Shown here: one piece after another, positions 1-14,174 of the stretch
Position numbering within the stretch: the stretch's first letter is position 1
Layout of the letters: the number at the start of each line of letters is the position of its first letter
Origin: Chrysomallon squamiferum
Lineage: Eukaryota; Animalia; Mollusca
Length of the DNA: 64,000 nt
Assembly (NCBI GenBank): GCA_012295275.1
Contig: CM022665.1
Span: 11,284,001 to 11,348,000, forward strand
Direction: 5' to 3'
Notes under the pieces: generated by a model
What the model was told of the DNA's origin: nothing
The model's input: only the letters and a program-made list of their open reading frames with translations
Database searches by the model: none
Position numbers and translations under genes: made by a program

Positions 1-94
1 ATAAGGCTATTTTCTCGTTCCAACTCGTGCTCCACTTCTCGCTTCACCTCCAAAGTTGCACAAATTGATTTCAGATATTGGTTAGTTTATTTGA

Positions 95-145
<51 letters not shown>

Positions 146-655
146 TTAAATATATTTAAAAATAAATCTATTCCTTTTGTAAATTAATTTTTCACCCTAA
201 AAAAAAATGACATATAATTACTCTCCTATATTCAAACAGTTGAAATAAAGTTCAGTGATTTGTTGGGTGACAGGATTAATCGTCATCATTGTGTTGTTCG
301 ACTGTGTTCCCGGAAAGCGTTTCACGGTTCATTTATTAAAGGCCACGGCGTGAGATTTCCAGTTAGTGGAATGACACGCACACACGCACACACACACCGA
401 GCCTTACTACTGTGAATGAATGCTAGCATTCTCATATCATCATTTTATTTGAATTCTAATACGCTGAGGTGTTCTTAAACATTTCTCTCTTTATTCACTT
501 TCTTCTTCTTCATTATTTAACAACAAAAAATTAATATTAATAAAACTCATCATCATCATCATCATCATCATCATTATCCTTATCACCACCACCACCGCCA
601 TCATCACCATCATCATTATCATAATAATAAATTTAGCAAAAAAAAAATTTCATAC

Positions 656-842
656 CGCTTCGTTTTCGCCGTCTGTAACATAGACTGTCAAGTGCATGAG
701 TGAAGTCGTTGCCGCAGATGCCGTTGGCGTGCACTTGTCGTGATGACAACGTGTTGCAGACACGGGGACTTCCGCGTGTTTTTACCATGTCGGGTAAAAT
801 GGCGAGTACGAAGACGACAAGAAACACGGCCGAAACTTTCAT
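656..842 (-). CDS. Molluscan insulin-related peptide (MIP/ILP) precursor, exon encoding signal peptide + B chain; rest of gene not identified in this window
   Basis: MKVSAVFLVVFVLAILPDMVKT hydrophobic signal, then RVCNTLSSRQVHANGICGNDFTHALDSLCY (B-chain CG-x10-C plus the extra N-terminal Cys typical of MIPs), then RRRKR convertase site. Acceptor ttttcag before 853; phase-1 donor G|gtatg at 656/655, the usual insulin-family intron position in the C-peptide. Confidence 0.9.
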
Positions 843-961
843 TATATTTTAGCCTGAAAATAAAAAAAAATAAAATAAAATAAAATAAAAAAAAATAATA
901 AAAAATAATAAAAATAATTATAAAATAATAATAAAAATAAAAATAACAATATAAAGTAAAA

Positions 962-1016
<55 letters not shown>

Positions 1017-1359
1017 AAATAAAAATAAAAATAAAATAAAATAAAATTCCCTGACTGGAGTCGATGATTAATTCTTAATGTAATGGGATCAAAACTGTGA
1101 AAAAGAATTGACAAAGGAAATTTCTACGATCGTCAGCTTGGGCGCCGATATTTAAGTTCCCGGTGAGCTAAAAACCAGTCCTGGGTGACTTTGGTTATGG
1201 AGCGCAGAGTGTTGAATTGTACGAAACTTTGCAACAGAATTACAAATTTCATCTTGCTTTATTCCGATTTTCTCCATTATTTTACGGGTACTTGGGAGGG
1301 GAGTAGTCTACCATGCGACCACAAGTTCTGCACCTTTGAAGTTCAGCAATAAAGTAAAA

Positions 1360-1390
<31 letters not shown>

Positions 1391-1988
1391 CAATAAACTG
1401 AAAGTTGAAAGAAAATTGTTATTATGTGGTAACTGTTCTGTGTATATATATATATGAATGCGAATGTTTGTCTGCGGTGTGTGTGTTTAATCCAATTACA
1501 AGCCAAGTGCGACGTTTTCAAATATAATTAACCACGTATCCATTGTGTTTCATATTAACACTTTTCACAAACACTGACAAGCTACACGTTAATGAAATTT
1601 ATTAATATCATATCAGGATACCACATAGTTAATTTAGGCGCATTACCTAATATATTCTGTAGGCTAACTTGGCATATAAATAGCCATAATTTGTCCTTTA
1701 CAATTTTCTGTATATTATATACATACATATAGAAAATGTTTTGACTTTCAAGCCATGATGAATAAGACATGGTTAATTAAATTTAAAGCGTCTACCCACA
1801 CATGGAAGAAGCCGTTTTCTACTTGTATTTATATGCTTTTATTGGTCATGATTTATCGCTTACTTCGCTACGTTAATATTTTCGGATGTTTTGCAGTTTG
1901 TAAAATCTACGATGGTTGGAATAACCAGATGGTCCCTAAACAATCTCTGATCTGCGCCTAGGTATTCTACTTTTATTATTACTACTAT

Positions 1989-2019
<31 letters not shown>

Positions 2020-3244
2020 ATTGCTACGACTACAAGTGCTACTGCATCTACTACTACTACTACTGCTATGACCATCCAGCTACTACTGTGACTACTACCC
2101 TTACTACCACTCCTCCTACTACCTCTACTACTACTAGTAGTACTATGACAACCACCATTTCTACCGTATATATTATTATTATTGCTGCTACTGCTACTAT
2201 TACTACCACCACCCCACCACAACCACCACTATTACAACATAATTTTTGTTATTATTTAAGAAAAGTCTGGCATCTCAGATTTCGATTAAAATTTTGACGT
2301 AATGTAGACTAAAGTTATTTCTGTCGTTTAATGTTATACAGATTTTAAAATATCCTTGCAAAAACAAACAAACAAAACCAGAAAGAAAAAAAATAATAAT
2401 AATAATTAAAAAAGAGGAAATAAAATAAACAAATAAAAATGAAATAAAATAATTAAGGTCAAAGAATGAAAGAAACTTAAATTAAGAACATTAATAATAA
2501 TAGAATTAAAAAAAAGAAAGAAGAAAGCAAGAAAAGAAAAAAGAAAAACTAAAAGAAAAGAAAGAAAAGCAAGAAAAGAGAAAGAAAGAAGCAAAAGAGA
2601 AAAAGAAAGAAAAAGATAAGAGAAAATAAATAGATAAATGTTTGAAACAAACAGTTGGACAAGTTATCAAGATTGAAAAACAATAAATAAATAAACAGAA
2701 AAAAAGACAGCTGCGACTGTTAATATTATCAAACAAACTATGTACTGTTGTGAATGACTGATACTTATATAATTCTGTTTTGATTATACCTTAACTAATC
2801 TTCTTGTCATGATGCGCTTATCCTGTCGACACAATATAATGTTCTGCTGACGAGCAGACGTAGTAACAGTCGATCAGAAAATACGTCCACGCTGATTAAT
2901 ATTGTCAGAGGATACAAAGGAAAATATATGACGCATAAGGTACTAGGTAAAAAATACTGACTCATTAATGCAAACTGAACAATTACATATTATGTAGTAA
3001 TAATATTAATTTCGGACGAATATTATATTAAATTTAGTTTTGTGTATAGGATTTATATATTTAATTATTTTATTTGAAAATATTCACAAGGAAAATAATC
3101 AAAACACATACATTCATCTTACTGTTATATATACAAAAGTACTTTAAAAAAAAAAGAAGCAATGTGTTGATAAAATAAAGAAAAAGGCAGAGACTGCCTG
3201 ATGAACAGACATACAAACAGATATATTATATATGCAGACTGAAG

Positions 3245-3344
<100 letters not shown>

Positions 3345-3770
3345 CATGGAAGGAGACAAATGGATAAAAGTAATTATCTAAACGATAATAATTTGAAACA
3401 ACAAACTGAAACTACCTCTATTTAATTGCATGCATTTTCGTTAACAATTATATTGCCTATTTAAAATCAATGATGTAGAAAAGAGTATCACGACAAAAAT
3501 AAAAAATACTAGAGTCCGAACATTAGTTATCTATTGTTTAATTTATTCTTAGCGAAGACTGGTGTCAAATACAAGTATTATTTGGACGAAACGCGATATA
3601 TTTCGATTATTTGTCAACAATTGAAAAGGATCACACCGCACTTTGGATAAAATACGGTAACAGATAACAAACATTCCGCTGCACCCCCGCATCCTTGAGC
3701 TGTCAGAAACATTCAGCTACAGTTCAGCGTGAGAATAAAACTGAACGACGTGATCGTCATCAAAACGACA

Positions 3771-3905
3771 GTGATCTACTTGATTGTGACCGACGTGGCT
3801 GTGATCGACGTGAGTGTCGTCGACGTAAGTGTGATTCACGTGATAGTGATCCACGTGATGGTGATTCACGCAGAAGTAATCCACGTGGTCATGATCTACT
3901 ACGGT
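3771..3905. repeat. 15-bp period CpG-rich minisatellite, 9 units, consensus ~GTGATCCACGTGATN
   Basis: Units start at 3771, 3786, 3801, 3816, 3831, 3846, 3861, 3876 and 3891 with no indels; CACGTG at 3837, 3852 and 3882. Confidence 0.85.
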
Positions 3906-4637
3906 ACATGTCAGTGCTTCACGTTTTATCAACATCGACCAATAAACAAGCTACTGACCTCGAGTACGGCTTCTTAACGACATATCTTGTAGTGGTCATC
4001 TTACGGTCACTGGATGACGAATGTCATTTGGTAACGCGACTACTACTAAATAACAAAAACCAGTAATACAACATCATCACACGTCTTTGTATTTCATGGC
4101 CATGACATCAGCAACAGCACTCACTACCCCTGGCGTCATTATTAAAGACATCGTTATTTCGTTAATACTATTAAAATGCTGCATCTGATCTTCTGTTTCA
4201 GTTGACACGTTTATCACCAATTAATTACCAAAACCTTTACAGCGTATTTGATTAACATCGATGGCCATTACAGTAACTGTTAACTGTATGGTAATTAGAC
4301 ATACGTAAAGAATTAAAAACTCACTGAATTCTAATGATAGTTCTTTTACTACTATTGCCAATATGTTGGTATTGTTGTTGTTACTGTTACCACATTGACT
4401 ACCACTATTACAACAACAACAACAGCTACTACTACTACTACTACTACTACTATTGTTAACACGACTACTGATCCTGCTCCTGCAGCTTTTATCCTAAATC
4501 AGTAGTTACTATTACTGATGCTGGTGCAACTATCATTACTACTACTACTACTACTATTATTTCTACTGCTACTAATACTTCTACTGCTACAATCTCTGTT
4601 ATTATTTCTATAGTTATTATTACCAGTACTACCTATA

Positions 4638-4880
4638 ATATATCAAATCTATATTGAAACAGTTCCCGAAATATATCAGTTCTATAATGAAATAGTGCTA
4701 GAAATATATCAGTTCTATAATGAAACAGTGCTAGAAATATAACAGTTATATAATGCTGTAATGCCAAAAATATATCAAATCCTTAATCAAATAGTACAAG
4801 AAATATATCAGTTCTACGATGAAATACTATAAGAAATATATAAATTCCATGAGAGTGCAAGAAGTACATCATTTCCATAA
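4638..4880. repeat. 33-bp minisatellite (~7 copies), AATATATCAGTTCTATAATGAAATAGTGCTAGA
   Basis: Directly visible tandem units, degenerate at the ends. Confidence 0.85.
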
Positions 4881-5603
4881 CTCGATTCTTTAATAATTAT
4901 AAACGTACTTTTTATAATAATTAAATATTATTAGTTAATTAATAAAACACATCATGGTGGTAATGTGGCACTTCGTTATTAAATTAACGTAGTAATTTCA
5001 TAATTATATAACAGACATATATGTTTGATAATTTGATATTTCAAAGTATGTAGATTTCTGGCATACTTATGTCTTCATAATAATTCGATAACATTTTTAA
5101 AACAAATAGATATTTCATATAATTATGTTTTTAATGACATTTTCACAGTTCAAAGTAGATATATTTTAAATGTAATTACGTCTTAATGATAACTGGGTAT
5201 ATATATATATTTTTTTACTGTATATTATTATTACTAGTAGTAGTAGTAATACAGTAGTAGTCGTAATAGTTGTAACTGTAGTAGTAGTAGCAGTATTACT
5301 ATTAGTATTAGTAGTAACAGTACTAGTAGTAGTAGCAGTAGTAGTAGTAGTAGCAGCAGCAGCAATAGTAGTAATAGTAGTAGCAGTGTCATAATCATCT
5401 TCCTAATCAACATTATCATAGCTACACAAAACGCAAGTGAAACAAAAATTGTACAAACCTTTGTGCAAACTGGAATATTCGTCGAAATAACAGATCAAGT
5501 AGAAAAGTGTATTTTTTTTTTTTTTTTTTTTTTTAAAGAAACCCAGGAAACAAAAATATTCTGTTTCTCGGTATACTTAAGTAAACGTTCGTTGTTACTT
5601 TAC

Positions 5604-5635
<32 letters not shown>

Positions 5636-6619
5636 TTTACTCAGGATTAAATTTCTTTTCACTCCAGTTAATAATATACAGCCAGATGTTTACAGGACTG
5701 TATTGTTTCTCTTTTGTACAGACGTTGTTTTCGAATGGACAGTTCTCTGTCAGTGGTACGACTCTGGCGTCCAGTTTCCAGGTGTGTTCGTTCTTCTGTG
5801 ACAGTCTGTCAGTGACCACAGTTCGTGTTCTCTGCCTGCATGTTTCTTTCGTCACTGACAGGTGGAAAAGGAGATGTTTCACTTTTTCGAGGGTTCTATC
5901 AGTTAACCGCGTAATTTATAACGGTCGCAAAAACCGGGCATCGATTTTGCAGGAACCTATCATTATTTTAGACGTTTTTGCCAACTCGCAAGATGATTGG
6001 TTGGACGCGACGTGTTCGAAGGAAGTTGAACGTCTTTGATTAAAAAAAAATAATAATAAATAAAAAAAATGAAAAAAGATCGGTGTATTGATGGTGTTTG
6101 TATGAGTAAACACCCACGCATATACGTGTAAATAAATATAGATATATATATATATATATGCGTACGTATGTACAAACGTACTCATATTTAGATACCTACA
6201 TTCAAACATACACACATACACACACATACATGAGAGTATGTTTCTGCATGTGTGAATGTGTAAATGTATTAAAAATAAGGAATATAATTATGAAACGTAT
6301 TTTAAAGCGTCGTAATAATAAATAAAAAAAATTATGAGGTTTTAAAAGTCAGTTGTCAGTTAGCTAAATTTGTGAAACACAGCTTTCGTAAACAAAAATA
6401 TATTTTAAAACGTACCTTTTTCAAAAAAATTAAAATGTGTCCTTCCTTTCCACTGACCCTTTTCCAGTGATGTATCTACACGTGTACGTGTATTTTAACG
6501 AATAATTCAAAACATTATAGCTGTTCTAGGACACTGAAGTACACAGTGTGACACTTTATTTTTGTAAGGACAGAAATGTTTTGTTACACCTCTCACCAGG
6601 TGTGGGCAGAACTCTCGAA

Positions 6620-7110
6620 AACCATTTTCACAGGAGCAACATTTCATAACATGTTCCCTGATTTATGAAGAAATGCTATTAATGTATGACGTCGTATTCC
6701 TGACGAACCTTTTCATAATATGTGTCCAGGCTCCTGGACAACACTTTTAAAATGTGGTGTCTGACTTTTAAAAAATATTTCCGATGACGGGTTTCGGAAT
6801 ACGCTGCCGTAACTTTGAGTAACAGTTCCAAATTATTTTCAGTTACTTGAGAATAATTGTTTTGAAATATGTTTCCTGACTTCTGAGTAATATTATCAAG
6901 TTAATTATGTTCCCTGACTTTTGAGTAACATTTACGCAGAATTACACTAACACTCTCAATGTATGATCCCTGAGTTCTGAGTCACATATTTAAAATGTGT
7001 TGCTAGACTTCTGAGTAAAGTCTTTCCCTTAATTTTTAGTAATACTTTAAAAATGTGTCTTCAGTTTTGTTTAATAATATTTTGAAAATGTGTTCCCTGA
7101 CGTCTGACTA
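6620..7110. repeat. Degenerate ~33-36 bp tandem repeat (core AAAATGTGTTCCCTGACTTCTGAGTAACA)
   Basis: Recurring tgttccctgac/ttctgagtaa motifs at roughly regular spacing. Confidence 0.65.
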
Positions 7111-7164
7111 ACCATTCCAGCGGCGAACAGTTTATCAAAGGCATAGGTATGTTCCTTTCTGTTA

Positions 7165-7220
7165 CTGGGTATGTACTTACAAAAGATCCTTTACTGCTAA
7201 AAGATAAGAGTAGTCCATTA
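7165..7220 (+). mobile_element. Degenerate fragment of a gastropod SINE-like repeat
   Basis: aaaagatccttttactgctaaaagataagagtagtccat resembles the AAAAGATCCCTTGCTGCTAATCGAAAAGAGTAGCCCAT core recalled from gastropod SINEs; a related fragment lies at 49888-49955. Recognition from memory only. Confidence 0.45.
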
Positions 7221-7603
7221 TATTACTGTTTAAATTAATCGCATATATAAGTGGGTTTTTTAATGTCCTATGGATTGCACTTTATGTGATCTTTGACCTT
7301 TGTTACATCAGTGTTGGTTAATAGTCATCAAATGTAATAATTTTGACAAGAGTTCAGATATTAGTAAAATAACATGGTATGGTCAGGTCACTTCGTGGAA
7401 AGCTTTGAACTTTGGGTCTGCGTCTGTGATTCGGTTGTAGAGTGTATTAATACAACAGAATTTCGTTGAAGAATAGCGCACTCACGTCGTACGATAACGG
7501 GAACACACTCGAATAACGTGTGTTAACGTGTATTAAGGGATGCAAGCCTAAGTTTGTCGGTTTGCTTTGGTTTTAGTTTCTTTTGTTTTATTTACGTGTC
7601 TGA

Positions 7604-7634
<31 letters not shown>

Positions 7635-8100
7635 TTTGTATTTGTAATTTTTTGTCAAACGTTTAATTTTGTTCTTATTCAAATTTAATGTATGAAGAAT
7701 ACATTAAAATACGTCATTCAATTACACATTACACCGTCCTCTAATTCATACCGTACTGATAGTTAACCTCATCTGATCTCGAAAATTATATTAAGCACAA
7801 TGGTGATCCACACCCGCCCCACACATATCTAATTAATTTCAGCTCTTTGTCTCTGTTAGTATCTAGAGTACATTACATCGCAAATAGAGTGTGACGTCCT
7901 CAGTGATCAAAAGTTTTTGTAATTACGTGTATCTTATAAATCCTGTTAGCTGTAATATCACGTTAGCGAAGACAGATTTAAGGCATCGTGTTAGGAGAAC
8001 AAAGAGATGGTGCAATCTGGGACTTATTAGTAATACGATGCGAAGGGGCATTGAATGTGAGAATAGTGTAAATCTTGATAGAATGAAAAGCTAATTGGTC

Positions 8101-8690
8101 TCTATATAAGTTTTGTAAATCTCAGTTTTAATTTTTTTTTTTTTTTTTTTTTTGTAACTCTGGATACCCCCTGGAGCTATATTTTGAAAATAGGGAATTG
8201 TTATCGGGAAAGAATCCCTGTTCGTTTGGATTAATATATATTACGTTATTTTATTTTTTTCCATTTTCACATCTATTGGGGATTTATTAACACTAGGTAA
8301 AATGTATTTATAAAAAAAAAAAAAAAAAAAAAAAAAGAAGAAGAAAGAAAACAAAAAAGAACAAAAAAAAAGGAATTTTTTTGTCGATTTATAAAAAACA
8401 TATTGATAATCTTTAGTAAACGCAAAACGTTGTTGGTTTGAAAAATATATATAATCAACTGATGACAAATTATTTTGAGTTGTGTATTCAGAATGGAGAT
8501 GATTTCCTCAAGCATTATCTCTCAGACTGTCCTTGTTTCTTTTCTTTTTTTTCGCATTGACACTTTGAAGACAGTGAATGAGACTATTTAACTATTAGTA
8601 ATCCATTTATCCATTTGTAATCGTTGTGCATACTTATTGGAATAGATCGTCTTTCTACCTTACATTAATTGTATCTACAATTTATATATA

Positions 8691-8700
<10 letters not shown>
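8101..8700 (+). repeat. Orphan inverted copy of the mini-IAP upstream region
   Basis: Reverse complement matches 41735-42265, 50715-51245 and 63100-63625 (shared spurious ORF MLEEIIS(I/M)LNTQLKIICH..). Similarity stops at the (CT)n tract, before the coding exon. Confidence 0.9.
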
Positions 8701-8758
<58 letters not shown>

Positions 8759-8873
8759 ACAAACGTGTTAAAGCGTAGCATTGATGATAAAAACAAACGG
8801 CCATAATTAATTTAGTACAGTTTTAAGACTGTATTACAATAAAATAACATTCTTTCTTTACTGACATCATTTC

Positions 8874-8914
<41 letters not shown>

Positions 8915-10980
8915 CTTTTGTCATCGTCGTCTTCGTAGTCTCATCATTAAAATATAGTATATTAATAATAACTGATAAAGCGGTTTTTGATTCGATACCT
9001 TTTCTCTTTTTAATGTAATATTTTTAACACAACAATCTATCAAAATGTCGCGACATATCTACATAAAATTAGCCATATTAATTCCACGTTCTTAGAAACG
9101 TCCACCTACTCATCATCCACATTTATCATTATAATTGACACTGACAATATGATTTATTATTTATTATTATTATTATCATCATCATCATCATTATTATTAT
9201 TGTACGATCTTCTGTCTTTTCTTTCTGTTATATATATATATATATATATTATTATTATTATTATTATTGTTGTTGTTGTGTTGCGAATTAGTCTAGTACG
9301 GTTAACAATGAAAAAAAAAAAAAAAACGAGAACATTCTAGATAAATGACCTTTAACGCACATACATAATTTTAATCAAATTAATCAATATAACTGACATA
9401 TAAAGGTATAAAATATCTTTGTTATCTGTTTTTCTGTTTTTTCTTTCGTTTTGTTTTCGCCTTATTACTTATTTTTCCCTTTTGTGGTCACGAATTCGGA
9501 TAACGATCGGAATGTTCTAGAATTTTCTGGGTAAACGGCGAAGACCATTTTGAAGTCATCAATTTTCGTATGCACTTTAGATCAGGTGAAATAGATTATA
9601 ATTATGTCAGTAATATAGATAAAACGTGATGTATTAATGATAGAAAATTACATACATCTTAAAAGTTAAAGGGATGGCGCACATCTATTTTCGCTGAAAG
9701 AAAATGAAAACGGAACATAAAGCTATCGGTTTCAGTGTAGAAAGAACAAATTAACCACAACCGATTAAAGTCTGTTACTGCAGAACTTTGTGTTACGTTT
9801 GTTATATATTCCTCTTGAAATAGAAAAAAGTATCTTACACTTAATTGTTTCAAATGATTCTTTAATATAAATTAGGGTTGTCATTTATAAAAAAATATAT
9901 ATATATATTTTTAAACGATTTTTAATAGAAATTCAAAACCGTTTTAATTACTTTTTATGGCGCTTTCGCATGTGTCTAACGATTTGTTTTCAAAATTATT
10001 TCTTTACGATCGTTTCAGACGATTTTAAATCGTGTTTTATAGTTTAAATTTACTTGAATTAGTTGTTGTGTCACAGAGCTGTATAAACCCAGTTCGGACT
10101 ACAAACTTTCGATCCGGTGAATCATAAAATGTCTTTACGATAATTATCATTCAAACCAACATTCTAAAATGTTTCATCATCTGTTACAGTTAATTCTTAT
10201 TTATTTACTAGTTAACTGAATTGCAGACAGACATTCTCGTTGACAAGCACATGTATGAAACAAAACTGAGTATATTCGGCAGTACCAATAAATGGTGCAA
10301 TAACGTCAAATATTTATTTTATTGTTTTGGGCGTCTTATTGTATCACTAATAACAAAGTAAGACAATAAAATAATACTGTTTTAAAACATCAGAATTTCG
10401 CCTTTCTGTTCCTTCTCAACTAGAAGGAGTGTGATTGTTACCACGTACATAGTAAGGTTACGGCTATACCGTTTCTGACACCAGAAGAAACTTTAGAATA
10501 AATCTGTTCGACCTGTTCATTGTTTATAAAACTGTGCACTATTGTGGCTAGTGAACGATAACACACACATACAGACACTCACACACACACACACACACAC
10601 GTGTGTGTGTGAAACTTTAAAGTATGAACATTATATTTAAATTGTTCCTTATCACCAAAGATATATTTTAATAGTCGCAACGGATAATTAATTATTGCCT
10701 ATATGTCCGTATGAATGATCTACAGGTTACGCGAAGCTTTCATTCATTCGGAACATAACATACATGCACAAATGCACTCAAACAAATGTATTTTTGTTTT
10801 CGAAAACAGTTACAAGAAAGATAAAAAGAAGAGTTTCAAAAACGTCTTTCTTGTGAAGAGTCTCTGAAGATGAGAATGAACGGGGAAAAAAAAAAAACCC
10901 GAAATCTCTTTTGAATTAGTAACAATACCGGGTTATCCTGAAAGTTAGATCTACGCTTTGTCGGCAGAGATTTCTGCCGC

Positions 10981-11180
10981 TGGTTCAAAAAAATTTTAAA
11001 CTGACTTTGGCTTGTAAAATCAACCAGTTTTTCCTTCCCATCACAATGCTTTCTTGAATTAAAATTAACGTAAAGACCATTAAACCAGCTAGTTATTATC
11101 TCCTGCAACGATGATTATGGGAAGCAAAAACTGGTTGGTTTGACAAGTTAAAGTGACATTAAACATTTCTTTTTGACCGT
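10981..11180. repeat. Imperfect inverted repeat (~50-60 bp arms, ~75 bp spacer), MITE-like or hairpin
   Basis: Left arm ..actttggcttgtaaaatcaaccagtttttccttcccat pairs with right arm atgggaagcaaaaactggttggtttgacaagttaaagt.. Confidence 0.75.
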
Positions 11181-14174
11181 TTTAAAAACATTATATTTGA
11201 AACAAAATATCGTAGAAAGTTATTCAGTAAAAGTCATGGTAGCAAGTCTAAGTGGTAATCTGCAAGATGATTACCCCACAAAGGCTAAGTTAAAACTAAT
11301 AAACTAAACTGAACTCAAAACTGCATTTCAACATTAATTTGTTATTATATATCGTCTGTACTACATTCTTCTCTATACTTGTAAACCTACAGTTTATAAG
11401 AATAAAATTCATTGTCATTGTTATAAAATACCTAACTGACCACTGAACACCTGAGTAATTTCATTGGCTACTAATTATCCTCTATTAACACGGATAAATT
11501 TCCTTAAATTCTCGAAGGTGAATAACGCCCATGCTGCATTCACGTGATCTGATTCTGATCAACAAAGAAAAAAAAAAAAAAAAGCCGACGTCTTCGATTC
11601 GTTCTTATCTTACTTGCTCTAATCTGAATATTTTTACTTCCCTGTTCTAAATTCTCTTGTTTGACAAATAAAAATTAATCACTTGAACACAAACACTTAG
11701 CTATTAATATCTTCCCAATAACCCATTAGGTCAACACAATAATCGGTCAGTATTTATCTGACAAATATACACGGCACTTTTAGACTGCTTGTTATTTGTT
11801 GTCTGACAAGTAATCTGAAATCATTAAGATGTTCTCAGAAATAATATTATTTCTTTTCAGAAAAGGTTCTAATATTAAATTTGGTTTTACAAGCACCCCA
11901 AATATAGATTCAAAGCTCAGAAAATATTTAAGTAAATAATACAGAGAAAATGATAGACATACTAAGAAATTCTGCAGATATATAAAGAAATTAGATAGAC
12001 AGAGACAGATAGGCAAATATACAGATAGATAAATGGATGGGGGGGGGAGAGAGAGATATATTATTTGGTTACTTAAACTTAGATAATACATTTCACTTGA
12101 AGGAATCGAGGTGGGGGTGGGGACTTTTAATTTAAACGTCATTGGAAATTAAATTAACTGAAATACCCCAGAGCAGTTGTTTATTATAACACCCGTTGGA
12201 TGAAAATTGTTATCATTATTATTATTACTATTTCTAATACTACTGAACTACAAATGTTACATCTACTACTGCTACTAATTCTAATGTCTGTATTAACGAT
12301 CATACAGAAGAGAAAATCCACAGCATTGCTGCAGACACGTTTCTTATTGAACTGCAAGCAAAAGATTTTTCCGTAGACTGCAAAATTCACGCTAATTGTG
12401 GAGCACTTTCCGGAACGTTAAATAGCCCAAAGCGTGAGCCATTGCAGAACTGATTACATGTTCAAGCAAACCTCGGGCCGTTTATTTTTATTTTCTCAAA
12501 ATTATACAATTATATTTTGGTTTCATTCGAGACTAATATTATTTCTTTCAAACCCAATGATTAATTTAATTCAAGATTTGATTCTGATTTTTTAAACTCC
12601 TAAGGATACAATTTCCGAACACTGAGAAAAGCTCGGAGTACTGTAATAAATAACTGTTCAATGAACAACCAAAAACTTGAATGACATTTTAAACTAAAGT
12701 TGCGATATTGTTATGATACATTATTATCTTTACATTTTCAGCCTGTGCTTCCAAAGTTTCAGGTACAACATTCCATACTGCGAACAAGAATCAGAGACAA
12801 TGGTAATTTTTTTCGAATTAACCATCACGACGAATCTTTGATAGAACGTAGTTTATTTTAAAACTCTCCTTCGTTCTTCTTGTTCCTAATGCTCTTTCTA
12901 AAAACTATATAATTAAATAAGATATTTAGCAAATTTTATATTATTTCTATTCCTTCCTTTTCTTTTTCTTTTTGTGTCTTAATGTATATTTGACCATTCA
13001 CAAGAGTAAATAAAAGTAGCAATCTTGGCAGTTAATGGGTCATGTTGATCAGAAATTAAACACAGTATTATTATAGTAAAAAGCGTACCTAACGTGATAC
13101 CAACAAAGAGCATATAATCAACTGTTTTAATAGTTTTCATTGTAAAGTATACTACTAAAATGATAATTTTATCAAATATCTGGAAATTGTCATTCCCCCT
13201 AATTTACAACAATACTATTTTACGGGGAGGAAAAAAGACAGAAATCAAATATTTTATAACATGTGAGCAGTGCCATACCTATTTTACAACGATTCGTGAC
13301 GTCAGCTCGTAGATCTTGAATTGATTTTACTAGTTTCGCTTATTCCCTATATCAGAACGTGACACATACTTTGACGTAACTAAGAATTCAGGAAGTTTTG
13401 TTATTTTTAGTTCGCGCAGTAAGCATTCTGCTAAAAACTAAAAACGCTATCATGATCGACAAATAAAAGTGTATTACTACAAATTACTGACACTGGTGTC
13501 GAGTTTATTAACGGACTGTAACACGAACGCGGTTAACCTTCAAACTGAAAACACAGTGCATGTCACGCTCATTATAACACGAAAGGTGTGCTTTAATTAT
13601 CTTTGCCTTGAAGAACATTGCCAAGGCGCAAGCGGCATGTCATAAGGGATTCTCGAATGCTTGTAATGTATATAATCACATGTTAATACGATATACCAGT
13701 AATTTACATGAAAATTAAACATGATCGTTATTATTTATATAGAGATACGCTGTTATTAGCACCGACGGTTAATCATATTTAAAAACGTCGTACACCGTTA
13801 TTAACATGAAGAATCGTGCACGATTTCATAAACAAAATAAATAGTACTCACTTTTTCGCTTGCACCTGCGTCACATATCTAATACTTTCTTCGTCAGCGG
13901 TGATGTTTGACAATTGATGAATATTTCAGATTTTACAAAGAGATATGTTAATCACCCCAGCGTCTTAAGAGTCATCGTTATTAGCTTCAGTGATTCCAAG
14001 TAATCTAAGCTGTCGTCTCCTGTTAATTGTAACCGAAGACAACAGTTACTAATTAATCGGGTATAGATTTCTAAATAACTCAATGCCTGTAAATGGCACT
14101 GTTGTTTTCATTGGCACGTGAAAAGACTTTCACCTACAAATGAAAACAGAGTTCAACAGCTCCTACGTGGAGTT

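Noticed and set aside
1-90. Minus-strand frame LEVKREVEHELERENSL as a possible insulin C-peptide exon
   Set aside because: No phase-compatible AG acceptor; the only nearby AG gives an early stop. More likely repeat-derived intron sequence.
4638-4880. Regularly spaced repeats as a CRISPR-like array
   Set aside because: Contiguous tandem units without unique spacers, eukaryotic context, no cas genes.
5637-6039. Overlapping ORFs in a GC-richer patch
   Set aside because: No recognisable motif or consistent exon chain.
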